Origin: Ignavibacteria bacterium
GTDB taxonomy: Bacteria > Bacteroidota > Ignavibacteria > UBA10030 > SZUA-254
Reading direction: 5' to 3'
DNA: 64,000 nt
NCBI GenBank assembly: GCA_031379665.1
Contig: JANNFI010000089.1
Span: 18,170-82,169, forward strand
Shown: piece by piece, positions 26,397-34,856 of the stretch
Numbering within the stretch: position 1 is the stretch's first letter
Layout: every line of letters begins with the position of its first letter
Translations under genes and position numbers: made by a program
The notes under the pieces: generated by a model
Seen by the model: the letters and a program-made list of their open reading frames with translations, nothing else
Database searches by the model: none
Told to the model about the DNA's origin: nothing

Positions 26397-26481
26397 GTTG
26401 AGGTCAACCCGCCTCTGCCTCAGGTGATCCGGGGGCGACAGGCTGGGGATGGGGCGGGGGGAACACGGTGCGGCGCGGCCC

Positions 26482-28056
26482 CTATTTCATCAGGTTCATT
26501 TTTCGCACCATCTGGTGGGACCCGCTCCGCATCCTGCAAAAATAGATGCCGGAGGGGAGCGCCGAAGCGTCGAAGGTGACGCTGAACCGGCCCGTCCCCG
26601 GGTTGCCGTCCACCAGGGTTGCGACCTCGGCGCCGAGCGTGTCGTACACCCTGATGTTCACCGGTCCGCCGTCGGACAGAAACGAAATGACGGTCGAGGG
26701 ATTGAACGGGTTGGGATAGTTCTGGCTGAGGCTGATGGTCTCAGGGAGGCCGTCCGCGGCGGCCGCGGTCGGATCGACGATCGGGAGCACCTGGAAATTC
26801 TGCAGCAGGACCGCGTCGAGGACATCCTGCGGCACGCCGAACCACTGCCGGAGCACCGATGCGTACACCTGACGGAAGTCGTATTGCATCTCCAGGTTGT
26901 CGTTGTTCGAGACCAGATCGGGAATCACCGGATTCGCGCCCGTGATGCCGTGGTTGATCGCTTTGCCAAAGAGGATGACGGGCGCCGCCTCGCCGTGGTC
27001 CGTCCCGAAGCTGGAGTTCGACTTGATCCTGCGACCGAACTCAGAGAAGGTCATCCCGATCACGCGGTGGTCCGCCCTCAGCAATCGGAGGTCCTCCTGG
27101 AACGCGAAGATCGCCTCTGAGAGTTTGCCGAGGAGGTCGGCGTGGTTTCCGAACTCCGTCCCGAGCGTGCCGTCGACCTGGCCGGCGTGGGTGTCGAATC
27201 CCCCGATGTTGGTGACGTAAATGCGTGTCTTCAGCCCGCCCGCGATGAGTTTGGCGACGATCTTGAGCTGGTCGGCGAGCCTGTTCGACCCGGACGGCGG
27301 ATAGACCGGCGACTGCGACGGCACTCTTTCTGCGGCCGCCTTGATCCTGTCGGTGTAGACCGACGTCTGATTTACGACCTGCCGGATGAACGTCAGCTCG
27401 TGGCCGGCGGGCGTGTCTGGGGCGGTATCGACGCCGCCGGTGAGCAGCTGGTAGAACGACGTGGGGCTGGTGATGGCCATTCCGAGCGAGCCGTTTGGTC
27501 CCTGGAGCCCCGTCGAGACCACCGAACCGATCTGGATCGCCAGTGGGTCAGGCATGATTTCATTCGGATACCCGATGGGAAAATCGGCGTAGGTCTGGTC
27601 CAGCCACCTGCCGAGCCATCCCGAGTTCAACGTCTCGTCAGCGTCCGAACCCGTCAACCAGATGTCCATGCCGCGGAAATGCGATTTGTTCGGGTTCGGA
27701 TAACTCACTCCCTGGACGATGTTCAGCCGGCCGTCGGTGTAGAGGTTCTGCAGCCCCGACATCGAGGGGTGGAGCCCCGTCTCGTCGGTGAGCTTCAGTA
27801 CCTTGTTCTCGGGGATCACGATGTTTCCACGGGCGTTCATGAGGGCAGGGTACTGGTCGAGCGGGATCACCGTGTTGAGCCCGTCGTTGCCGCCGTTGAG
27901 CTGGATCAATACGAGGACTCGGTCGCTCGGCGTTCCCGCGCTGATCAGGCTCTCGAGGACCTTTGACCGCCCGTAGGTTTTGATGTTGAAGCCCCCGAGG
28001 AGGAACGGGAGGAGGGCGACGGGGGCGGAATTCCTGATGAATGACCTTCTTCTCAT
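26482..28056 (-). CDS. DUF1501-family (alkaline-phosphatase-like superfamily) protein with Tat-like signal and T9SS C-terminal sorting domain (copy A)
   Basis: MRRRSFIRNSAPVALLPFLLGGF is a twin-arginine-like motif. The C-terminus NYPNPFNPSTVISF...VYDTLGAEVATLVDG...GIYFCRM...KMNLMK matches the Por_Secre_tail pattern. Confidence 0.75.
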   Translation of the reverse strand: MRRRSFIRNSAPVALLPFLLGGFNIKTYGRSKVLESLISAGTPSDRVLVLIQLNGGNDGLNTVIPLDQYPALMNARGNIVIPENKVLKLTDETGLHPSMSGLQNLYTDGRLNIVQGVSYPNPNKSHFRGMDIWLTGSDADETLNSGWLGRWLDQTYADFPIGYPNEIMPDPLAIQIGSVVSTGLQGPNGSLGMAITSPTSFYQLLTGGVDTAPDTPAGHELTFIRQVVNQTSVYTDRIKAAAERVPSQSPVYPPSGSNRLADQLKIVAKLIAGGLKTRIYVTNIGGFDTHAGQVDGTLGTEFGNHADLLGKLSEAIFAFQEDLRLLRADHRVIGMTFSEFGRRIKSNSSFGTDHGEAAPVILFGKAINHGITGANPVIPDLVSNNDNLEMQYDFRQVYASVLRQWFGVPQDVLDAVLLQNFQVLPIVDPTAAAADGLPETISLSQNYPNPFNPSTVISFLSDGGPVNIRVYDTLGAEVATLVDGNPGTGRFSVTFDASALPSGIYFCRMRSGSHQMVRKMNLMK

Positions 28057-28063
28057 GGCATCC

Positions 28064-29767
28064 TCACGTCAGCTGGTATTCGGGCATCGAGAGCATCACC
28101 GAGAGGAGTTCACGGAGCTTTGTGGTGATGGCGGCGGCCTTCCCGGGATCCGTGGGATCCGACACGTAATCGGACCATTCGATCGTCCACTCGTAATCGG
28201 GCAGGCCCGGGAGCAACGCGTCCTTGAGGAACTCCTTCTGCACCGGGGTGATCGCGATGGGGTAGAGGAATTCGGCCCACTCGTCGATGAGCCCGTTCGG
28301 ATCGGCCGGGTTTGAGCAGAGATTTGCGAACGCGATCGGGTCGATGGACTGCCTGAACCCGTTCTGGAAGTACCCGGTCCCGGACAATCTGTCGGTGAAC
28401 TCCGTCCTCCCGGCGAGCGTGTCGGCGTTGATCCACATTTCATAATACAGCGGGTCCTGGTGGTACGCCGGCCACCCGGCCACGCCGGGCGGATCGAGCA
28501 GCTCCTGCTGCATGGCCGTGGCCCGCGTGGAGAGGTACCGCCAGTGATTGTACTGTGCGAGGAGCGCCGGGTTGTCGACGGCCACGGGATACGAAACAGA
28601 ATGGGTGCGCGCCGTGCCCACGGTCAATTCGACCGGGCTCTTGATCACGCATCCGACGTTGACGTTGTCGTAGAAATGGGCGCTCTTGAGGAGGGCGGCG
28701 AGCGCCGGCTTGATCTCGTAATTGCTGTTCCGGAGGATGTCGGCCATCGGTGCGATGACGTTGGCCTCCGCCGCGGCGTCGATCACATAGTAGACGAACC
28801 AGCGGTAGAACTTTCTGCATATGTACCTGGCGGTCTCGGCCTGCAGGAAAATCATGTTCAGGAGGTCGTCCACTTCGTTGGCGCCGGCCGCGCCCTCCTG
28901 TCCCGCGATCACGGTGTTGCCGTACGCCTGCGAAAACTGCTTGTTCCCCGCGTCGTGCCTGCTGGCGGTGAAATAGGATACGAAGGTCGCGCTGCTGTCC
29001 CTCCACCCGCTCAGCACGCGAGCGGCCTCCTGGACGTCGAGTTCCGTGTAATTGGTGTAATTCCCGGGACCGATCTCGGCGCCCTTCCCGATGGTGAAGA
29101 GCTCCTGCAGCTCTCGCGCGTAATTTTCGTTCTGGTTGTTATCCGTGTTCGAGTTCCCGTTGAGGAACCGGAGCATCGCGCCGTCGAGTGTGACGAGCTT
29201 CGTCAGGTCCCGAAAATTCCCGAGGGCGTGCTGACGCAGGAGGACGTGGTTCCTGTAGGTGTGGCGGGCGTCCCCAATCACCGCGGATTCGGTGGCGAAA
29301 TGGTTGTGCCAGAAGAGCGTCATTTTTTCGCGCAGCGAAGGACCCTGGCCGAGCATCAGGCTGACCCACCACGACCGGAGCGAGTTGTGGCGCAATCCGC
29401 CGGATGCGGACGTCGGCGCGTTGATCCAGGTCGTGCCCGCCGGCGCCTCGGGGTCGCTGTCGTTGTAACTCACCGGAGGATCGGGGACGGCCGGCTCGGT
29501 GAGGAGGAGGTCCACGAGGTCGCCGACACTCAGGGCGGACAAGGTCGCCACCTCCTGTGGCTTCAGCCCGAACATCGTTCGGCGAAGGAGGTGCCTGACC
29601 TGCCCGACTCCCCAGGGCCCGCCGTAAGGCTCCAACCCTGCGACGCTCCTCGGGACTGCCGGGATCGATTTATTGGCGAAATCGCTCGGCTCGAATTTCC
29701 TGCGCTCGCGCCGCTCGACCGGCCGGTCCGTTTCGGCGACGGTTGAGATGAATTCCCTGCGTTTCAT
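28064..29767 (-). CDS. DUF1800-family protein (copy A)
   Basis: HLLRRTMFGLKPQEV... is DUF1800-like. It pairs with the DUF1501 gene in the widespread pairing seen in other genomes. The ATG at 29767 (MKRREFIST) was chosen by alignment with copy B. Confidence 0.7.
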   Translation of the reverse strand: MKRREFISTVAETDRPVERRERRKFEPSDFANKSIPAVPRSVAGLEPYGGPWGVGQVRHLLRRTMFGLKPQEVATLSALSVGDLVDLLLTEPAVPDPPVSYNDSDPEAPAGTTWINAPTSASGGLRHNSLRSWWVSLMLGQGPSLREKMTLFWHNHFATESAVIGDARHTYRNHVLLRQHALGNFRDLTKLVTLDGAMLRFLNGNSNTDNNQNENYARELQELFTIGKGAEIGPGNYTNYTELDVQEAARVLSGWRDSSATFVSYFTASRHDAGNKQFSQAYGNTVIAGQEGAAGANEVDDLLNMIFLQAETARYICRKFYRWFVYYVIDAAAEANVIAPMADILRNSNYEIKPALAALLKSAHFYDNVNVGCVIKSPVELTVGTARTHSVSYPVAVDNPALLAQYNHWRYLSTRATAMQQELLDPPGVAGWPAYHQDPLYYEMWINADTLAGRTEFTDRLSGTGYFQNGFRQSIDPIAFANLCSNPADPNGLIDEWAEFLYPIAITPVQKEFLKDALLPGLPDYEWTIEWSDYVSDPTDPGKAAAITTKLRELLSVMLSMPEYQLT

Positions 29768-29969
29768 CGTTTGATCCTTATTTCGTGCGGTCTTCATAGG
29801 TAGGGAAAACCCGCCGGCGAAACAAGATTTCGCGGAGAGAGTGTGTCGGGGATCACTTTAAAACAGGAGGGGAACGCCACCTTCACGAACGAAGATGCGC
29901 GCCGTCACCTTTTTCGAAGGGGAGCGAGCAAGAAAAAAATCGTCCCGGTGGGGGGATTGTCGGGGTGGG

Positions 29970-31577
29970 TTACTTCACGAGGATCATTTTCCGGACTTCC
30001 TCGTGGGCACCGCTCCGCATCCTGTAATAATAGATACCCGCCGGAAGCGACGAGGCGTCGAACGTGACGCTGAATCGGCCCGCCCCCCGGTCGCCGTCGA
30101 CGAGCGTCGCCACCTCAGCGCCCAGCGTGTCGTACACCCTGATGCTCACCGGGCCGCCGGCGGACGTGAAAGAGATGGTCGTCGATGGGTTGAACGGGTT
30201 CGGATAGTTCTGGTCGAGCGCACCATTCACCGGAATGCCGGCGGCGAGCGCACCCTCTCCGCTGACGATCGGAAGTCGCGGCTGGGGCAGCGGCCCGATC
30301 AGCGGCAGCGCCTGGAAGTTCTGCATCAGCACGGCGTCGAGCACGCCCTGTGGCACGCCGAACCATTGTTGAAGGACGGACGCATACACCTGTCTGAAGT
30401 CGTACTGCATTGCCAGGTTGTCGGTGTTCGTCACGACGGCCGGGATCAGCGGGTTCGTGCCGGTGATGCCGTGTTTGATCGCCTTGCCGAACAGGATGAC
30501 GGGCGCGGCCTCCCCGTGGTCGGTCCCGAAGCTGGCGTTCGACTTGATCCGCCGGCCAAACTCCGAGAAGGTCATCCCGATGACGCGGTGGTCAGCCCGC
30601 AGGACGCGAAGATCTTCCTGGAACGCGAGGATCGCCTGGGAGAGTTTTCCGAGGAGGTCCGCGTGATCGCCGTACTCGGCGCCGAGCGCCTGGTCGATCT
30701 GCCCCGCGTGCGTGTCGAACCCCCCCAGGTTCGTGATGTAGATTCGGGTCTTGAGGCCCCCCGCGATGAGTTGGGCGACGATCTTCAGCTGGTCGGCGAG
30801 CTTGTTGGTCCCGGGAGCCGGGTAGAGAGACGACTGCGCCGGCACCTTGGCGGCCGCATCCTTGATCCGTTGGGCATAGACCGACGTCTGTTGTGCGACC
30901 TGCCGGATGAACGTCAGCTCGTGGCCGGCGGGCGTGTCGGGCGCCGCGTCCACACCGCCGGTGAGTAGCTGGTAGAACGAGGTGGGGCTGGTGATGGCCA
31001 TTCCGAGCGAACCGGCAGGCCCCTGAAGTCCGGTCGAGACGACCGACCCGATCTGGATCGCGAGCGGGTCGGGGGCTATCTCGTTGGGGTACCCGTTCGG
31101 GAAATCGGGGTACGTCTGGTCGAGGTACCGTCCGAGCCAGCCGGTGCTCAGCGTCTGGTTTGCGTCCGAGGCGGTCAACCAGATGTCCGTGCCGCGGAAG
31201 TGTGACTTGTTCGGGTTCGGGTAGGTCACCCCCTGCACGATGTTCACCCGTCCGGCCGTATAGAGATCCCGCAACCCTGTCATCGAGGGGTGGATCCCCG
31301 TCGCGTCGGTGAGTTTCAGGACCTTGTTCTCCGGGATGACGATGTTTCCGCGGGCGCTGACCAGGGCCGGGTATTGGTCGAGCGGGATCACCATGTTCAG
31401 CCCGTCGTTCCCGCCGTTGAGCTGGATGAGGACCAACACGCGGTCGCCGGGCGTGCCTGCGCCGATCATCCCCTCGAGGACCTTCGAACGGCCGTACGTC
31501 CTCACGTTGAAACCGCCGAGGAGGAACGGGAGGACGGCGACGGGTACGGAATTCCTGATGAAAGCTCTTCGTTTCAT
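29970..31577 (-). CDS. DUF1501-family protein with Tat-like signal and T9SS C-terminal domain (copy B)
   Basis: MKRRAFIRNSVPVAVLPFLLGGF, and high identity to copy A along its full length. C-terminal Por_Secre_tail-like domain. Confidence 0.75.
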   Translation of the reverse strand: MKRRAFIRNSVPVAVLPFLLGGFNVRTYGRSKVLEGMIGAGTPGDRVLVLIQLNGGNDGLNMVIPLDQYPALVSARGNIVIPENKVLKLTDATGIHPSMTGLRDLYTAGRVNIVQGVTYPNPNKSHFRGTDIWLTASDANQTLSTGWLGRYLDQTYPDFPNGYPNEIAPDPLAIQIGSVVSTGLQGPAGSLGMAITSPTSFYQLLTGGVDAAPDTPAGHELTFIRQVAQQTSVYAQRIKDAAAKVPAQSSLYPAPGTNKLADQLKIVAQLIAGGLKTRIYITNLGGFDTHAGQIDQALGAEYGDHADLLGKLSQAILAFQEDLRVLRADHRVIGMTFSEFGRRIKSNASFGTDHGEAAPVILFGKAIKHGITGTNPLIPAVVTNTDNLAMQYDFRQVYASVLQQWFGVPQGVLDAVLMQNFQALPLIGPLPQPRLPIVSGEGALAAGIPVNGALDQNYPNPFNPSTTISFTSAGGPVSIRVYDTLGAEVATLVDGDRGAGRFSVTFDASSLPAGIYYYRMRSGAHEEVRKMILVK

Positions 31578-31584
31578 GTCGTCC

Positions 31585-33291
31585 TCACGTCAACTGGTAT
31601 TCGGGCATCGCGAGCATCACCGAGAGCAGTTCGCGGAGCTTCGTGGTGATCGCGGCGGCTTTCCCCGCGTCGCCCGGATCGGACACGTAGTCCGACCACT
31701 CGATCGTCCATTCGTAATCGGGCAGTCCCGGGAGGAGCGCATCCTTCAGGAACTCCTTCTGCGCCGCCGTGATGGCGATCGGGTAGAGGAAATCCGCCCA
31801 CTCGTCGATCAGGACGTTCGGGTCCGCGGGGTTGGAGGAGAGGTTCGCGAACGCCACAGGGTCGATGATCTGGGTGAAGGCGTTCTGCTTGTACCCCGGC
31901 CCGGCCAGGACGTCGGTGAACTCGGTCCTGTTGGCGAGCGTATCGGCATTGATCCACAATTCGTAGAAGATCGGGTCCTGGTAGTACGCCGGCCATCCGG
32001 CGACGCCCGGGGGGTCGAGCAGCAGCTGCTGCATCGCCGACGCCTGGGTCGACAGGTACCTCCAATGGTTGTACTGCGCGCTCAGGTTCGTCCCGTTGGG
32101 CAGCGCCACCGGATAGACGACGGAGAACGTCCGCGCGGCGCCGACCGTCAGGTCGGCCGGACTCTTGATCACGCAGCCGGTGTTTACGGGGTCGAAGAAA
32201 TGGGCGCTCTTGAAGAGGGCCGCGAGCGCGGGTTTCACGTCGTAGTTGTTGTTCCTGAAGATGTCGGCCATCGGCGTGATGACGTTGGTTTCAGCCGCAG
32301 CGTCGATGACGTAGTACACGAACCAGCGGTAGAGCTTGCGGCAGATATACTTCGCCGTTTCGGGCTGCGCGAAGATCATCGTGATGAGGTCGTCGATCTC
32401 GTTGGCGCCCGCGGCGCCGGCCTGCCCCGTGATGATCGTGTTGCCGTAGGCCGCGGAGAACTGCTTGTTCCCGGCGTCGTGCCGGCTCGCGGTGAAGTAC
32501 GACACGAAGGTGGCGTTGCTCTCCCTCCAGCCGCTCAGCACCCGGGCGGCCTGCTGGACGTCCACCTCGGTGTAGTTGGTGTAGTTGCCCGGGCCGATTT
32601 CCGGGCCCTTGCCGATGGTGAAGAGCTCCTGCAGCTCGCGCCCGTAATTTTCGTTCGGGTTCGCGGCGGTGTTGGTGTCGCCGTTGAGGAACCGGAGCAT
32701 CGCGCCGTCGAGGGTGACGAGCTTCGTCAGGTCCCTGAAGTTTCCGAGGGCGTATTGCCGGAGCAGCGCGTTGTTCCGGTAGGTGAACCGGGCGTCGCTG
32801 ATGATGGCGGCCTCGGTGGCGAAATGGTTGTGCCAGAAGAGTGTCATTTTTTCCCGCAGGGACGCGCCCTGCGCGAGCATCAGGCCCACCCACCACGAAC
32901 GGATAGAGTTGTGCCTCGAGCCGTTCGAGGTGGACGTCGGTGCGTTGATCCAGGTCGTTCCCACGACCGAGCCGGTGTCGGCGGCATTGATGTTCAGCGG
33001 GGGATCGGGAAGCGCGGGTTCGGTGAGCAGGAGGTCCACAAGCGCGTTGACGCCCAGACCGGATAGCGCCGTCACGTCCTCGGGTTTCACACCGAACATC
33101 GTCCGGCGCAGGAGGTGCCTCACCTGCGCGGCGCCCCAGGGCCCGGCGTACGGTTCGAGTCCGGAGGCGCTCCGCGGAACACTCGGCAGCGACTTGTTGG
33201 CGAAATCGCTTGCCTCGAACGCACGCCGCGCTCGCCGCTGAACCGGCCGGTCGGCCTCGCCGACGGTCGAGATGAATTCCCTGCGTTTCAT
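31585..33291 (-). CDS. DUF1800-family protein (copy B)
   Basis: Paralog of 28064..29767. Begins MKRREFISTVGEADRP. Confidence 0.7.
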   Translation of the reverse strand: MKRREFISTVGEADRPVQRRARRAFEASDFANKSLPSVPRSASGLEPYAGPWGAAQVRHLLRRTMFGVKPEDVTALSGLGVNALVDLLLTEPALPDPPLNINAADTGSVVGTTWINAPTSTSNGSRHNSIRSWWVGLMLAQGASLREKMTLFWHNHFATEAAIISDARFTYRNNALLRQYALGNFRDLTKLVTLDGAMLRFLNGDTNTAANPNENYGRELQELFTIGKGPEIGPGNYTNYTEVDVQQAARVLSGWRESNATFVSYFTASRHDAGNKQFSAAYGNTIITGQAGAAGANEIDDLITMIFAQPETAKYICRKLYRWFVYYVIDAAAETNVITPMADIFRNNNYDVKPALAALFKSAHFFDPVNTGCVIKSPADLTVGAARTFSVVYPVALPNGTNLSAQYNHWRYLSTQASAMQQLLLDPPGVAGWPAYYQDPIFYELWINADTLANRTEFTDVLAGPGYKQNAFTQIIDPVAFANLSSNPADPNVLIDEWADFLYPIAITAAQKEFLKDALLPGLPDYEWTIEWSDYVSDPGDAGKAAAITTKLRELLSVMLAMPEYQLT

Positions 33292-33608
33292 CGTTCAATC
33301 CTTGTCAATGGTACATATGACCTTGCCCGGCCCCACTGGAAAGGGACTATTCCCCCGAATAGTAACCTGTGGGATTGATCCGGAAGGGACGGGTTCCCCG
33401 AAACCCGCGTACAGAGTGATGTTAATATATAGAGAAAAACCCCGAGCGAATCAAGCTCCCCCTCAGTGAAAACTGTTATCTGGGGGATAAAAACGGGTAG
33501 AAATGCCCGTTTTCGGAACGATTCCCCGCCAGGCCCCCTTTACCTTCATCGGTCCTCTGGCTATATTGGGGCGTCCATAACCGTACACAACCTCGGAAGG
33601 AATCACTA

Positions 33609-34205
33609 ATGAAAAAGATCGTCTTCGCCAGCATCGTCGGGGGTGTCATACTTTGGGTTTGGGGATTCATTTCGTGGGTCGTCCTCCCGCTCCACGTCTC
33701 CGCCCTGCACCCGATTCCGAATGAAACTGAAGTCCTCGCTTCGCTCGGGGGCGCACTCACCGAAAAAGGCGTCTACAGGTTTCCCACGATGCCGGAAGGC
33801 GCAGCCGACCTTCCACCCGCCGAACAGGAGGCCGCGATGGCCGCGTACATGGCAAAGGTCCAGGCTGGCCCCAATGGGATGATATTCTTCGACCCGGCGG
33901 GAAAGGACCCTCTCATGGCCGACCGGATGATCCCCGGATTGCTGATCTTCATGGTCTCGGCGGGCATCGTCGCGTGGCTGCTCTCGAGGAGCACGGCCGT
34001 CGGGGAGTCGTTCCTGTCGAGGGTGATGTACTGCGGGATGATCGGGACGCTCATCGCCGTCGGGTGTTACCTCTCCGACTGGAACTGGATGGGGTGGTCG
34101 TTCGACTGGACGAGGGCCCTGATGCTCGACAGTATCGTGGCGTGGCTTCTGGCAGGCGTCGGCATCTCGGCCATCGTCAAACAGAAACCAGTCGCGGCAA
34201 TGTGA
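33609..34205 (+). CDS. Integral membrane protein, hypothetical (4 TM)
   Basis: 198-aa ORF with four hydrophobic helices. Confidence 0.55.
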   Translation: MKKIVFASIVGGVILWVWGFISWVVLPLHVSALHPIPNETEVLASLGGALTEKGVYRFPTMPEGAADLPPAEQEAAMAAYMAKVQAGPNGMIFFDPAGKDPLMADRMIPGLLIFMVSAGIVAWLLSRSTAVGESFLSRVMYCGMIGTLIAVGCYLSDWNWMGWSFDWTRALMLDSIVAWLLAGVGISAIVKQKPVAAM

Positions 34206-34300
34206 TCGGGTCCCGGCGCCACGGAATGTGTCAGGGGCGCGGACTCCGGACGGAAAAAGTTGAATCCGAAGCCGGAATTTAATACCATTTCCTCACCCGG

Positions 34301-34748
34301 ATGCGGGCCAAAACGAATGATGTGAATAAATTCTGGAATGTCCATATAAAAAACCGCACTTCTGATCGTCCTCCTCGCCGCCTGTCTCAGCGTCACCGCA
34401 CAGGCGCAGAACACCTTCACACCATCCTGGCTCTGGGGGATCGTTCCACTGCTCGGCGGTGTCAAGGTATACTTCAACGAGGGCGATACGCGGTTTTATG
34501 CCGCGGGCGAGGCGGGGATGTTCTTCCTCTCGGCCACCTACGACGTGAAGAACAGCCTCGGGGGAGCGGTCACCAGCGGCAGCGACAGCGATTCGAGATT
34601 CGGCTATGCGCCGGCCGTGGGCGCGCAGTTCAGGGCGGGCCGCACGATGATGGTCGACGCGCACGTCGATTACACCGCCATCCCTGACGATACGGGTGAC
34701 CTCAGCTGGGTCACGTTCGCCATCGGAATGGAGTGGACGCTGGAGTGA
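34301..34748 (+). pseudogene. Outer-membrane beta-barrel (OmpW/OMP_b-brl-like) gene interrupted by a frameshift at an A6 homopolymer
   Basis: The frame-0 ORF (from 34350 to 34748) encodes KTALLIVLLAACLSVTAQAQ... with beta-barrel-like alternating segments but has no start. The only ATG (34301) is in another frame and joins it if the A6 run at 34348-34353 changes by one base. A strong terminator follows at 34807-34842. Confidence 0.5.
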
Positions 34749-34806
34749 TATCCTCCATCGAACCCGCGCAGGCCTGAACGACCGGCTGGAGGTTGATGTT
34801 TCAAGT

Positions 34807-34842
34807 GCTGCCCCGAATTTTTTCCGGGGCAGCCTTTTTTTT
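34807..34842 (+). terminator. Rho-independent terminator after the OMP gene
   Basis: GCTGCCCCG-aattttttc-CGGGGCAGC hairpin followed by T8. Confidence 0.75.
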
Positions 34843-34856
34843 GTACCTTACCACTG

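Larger units (their letters stand above)
23932..26430. other. AT-rich horizontally acquired island (degraded mobile element remnant)
   Basis: By eye there is an abrupt drop in G+C, with AT-rich codons and AGGAGG-type Shine-Dalgarno sequences, unlike the flanking genes. It is bounded by a transposase fragment on the left and a 5'-truncated XRE HTH gene on the right. Confidence 0.7.
26482..33291 (-). repeat. Tandem duplication of a DUF1800-DUF1501 gene pair (two ~3.3 kb units)
   Basis: Protein alignments of the two pairs are collinear and highly similar by eye. The units are head-to-tail on the same strand. Confidence 0.75.

Noticed and set aside
25945-26410. 9-bp GGTCAACCC direct repeat near both ends of the 25939-26213 spacer as possible att sites
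   Set aside because: It is too short to be significant on its own and is not positioned at both island ends. It is kept only as a note under the junction finding.
29798-29969. Terminator between the two DUF1800/DUF1501 units
   Set aside because: A T7 run is present on the minus strand, but the preceding stem is only about 4 bp (CCCG/CGGG). That is not convincing enough to annotate.
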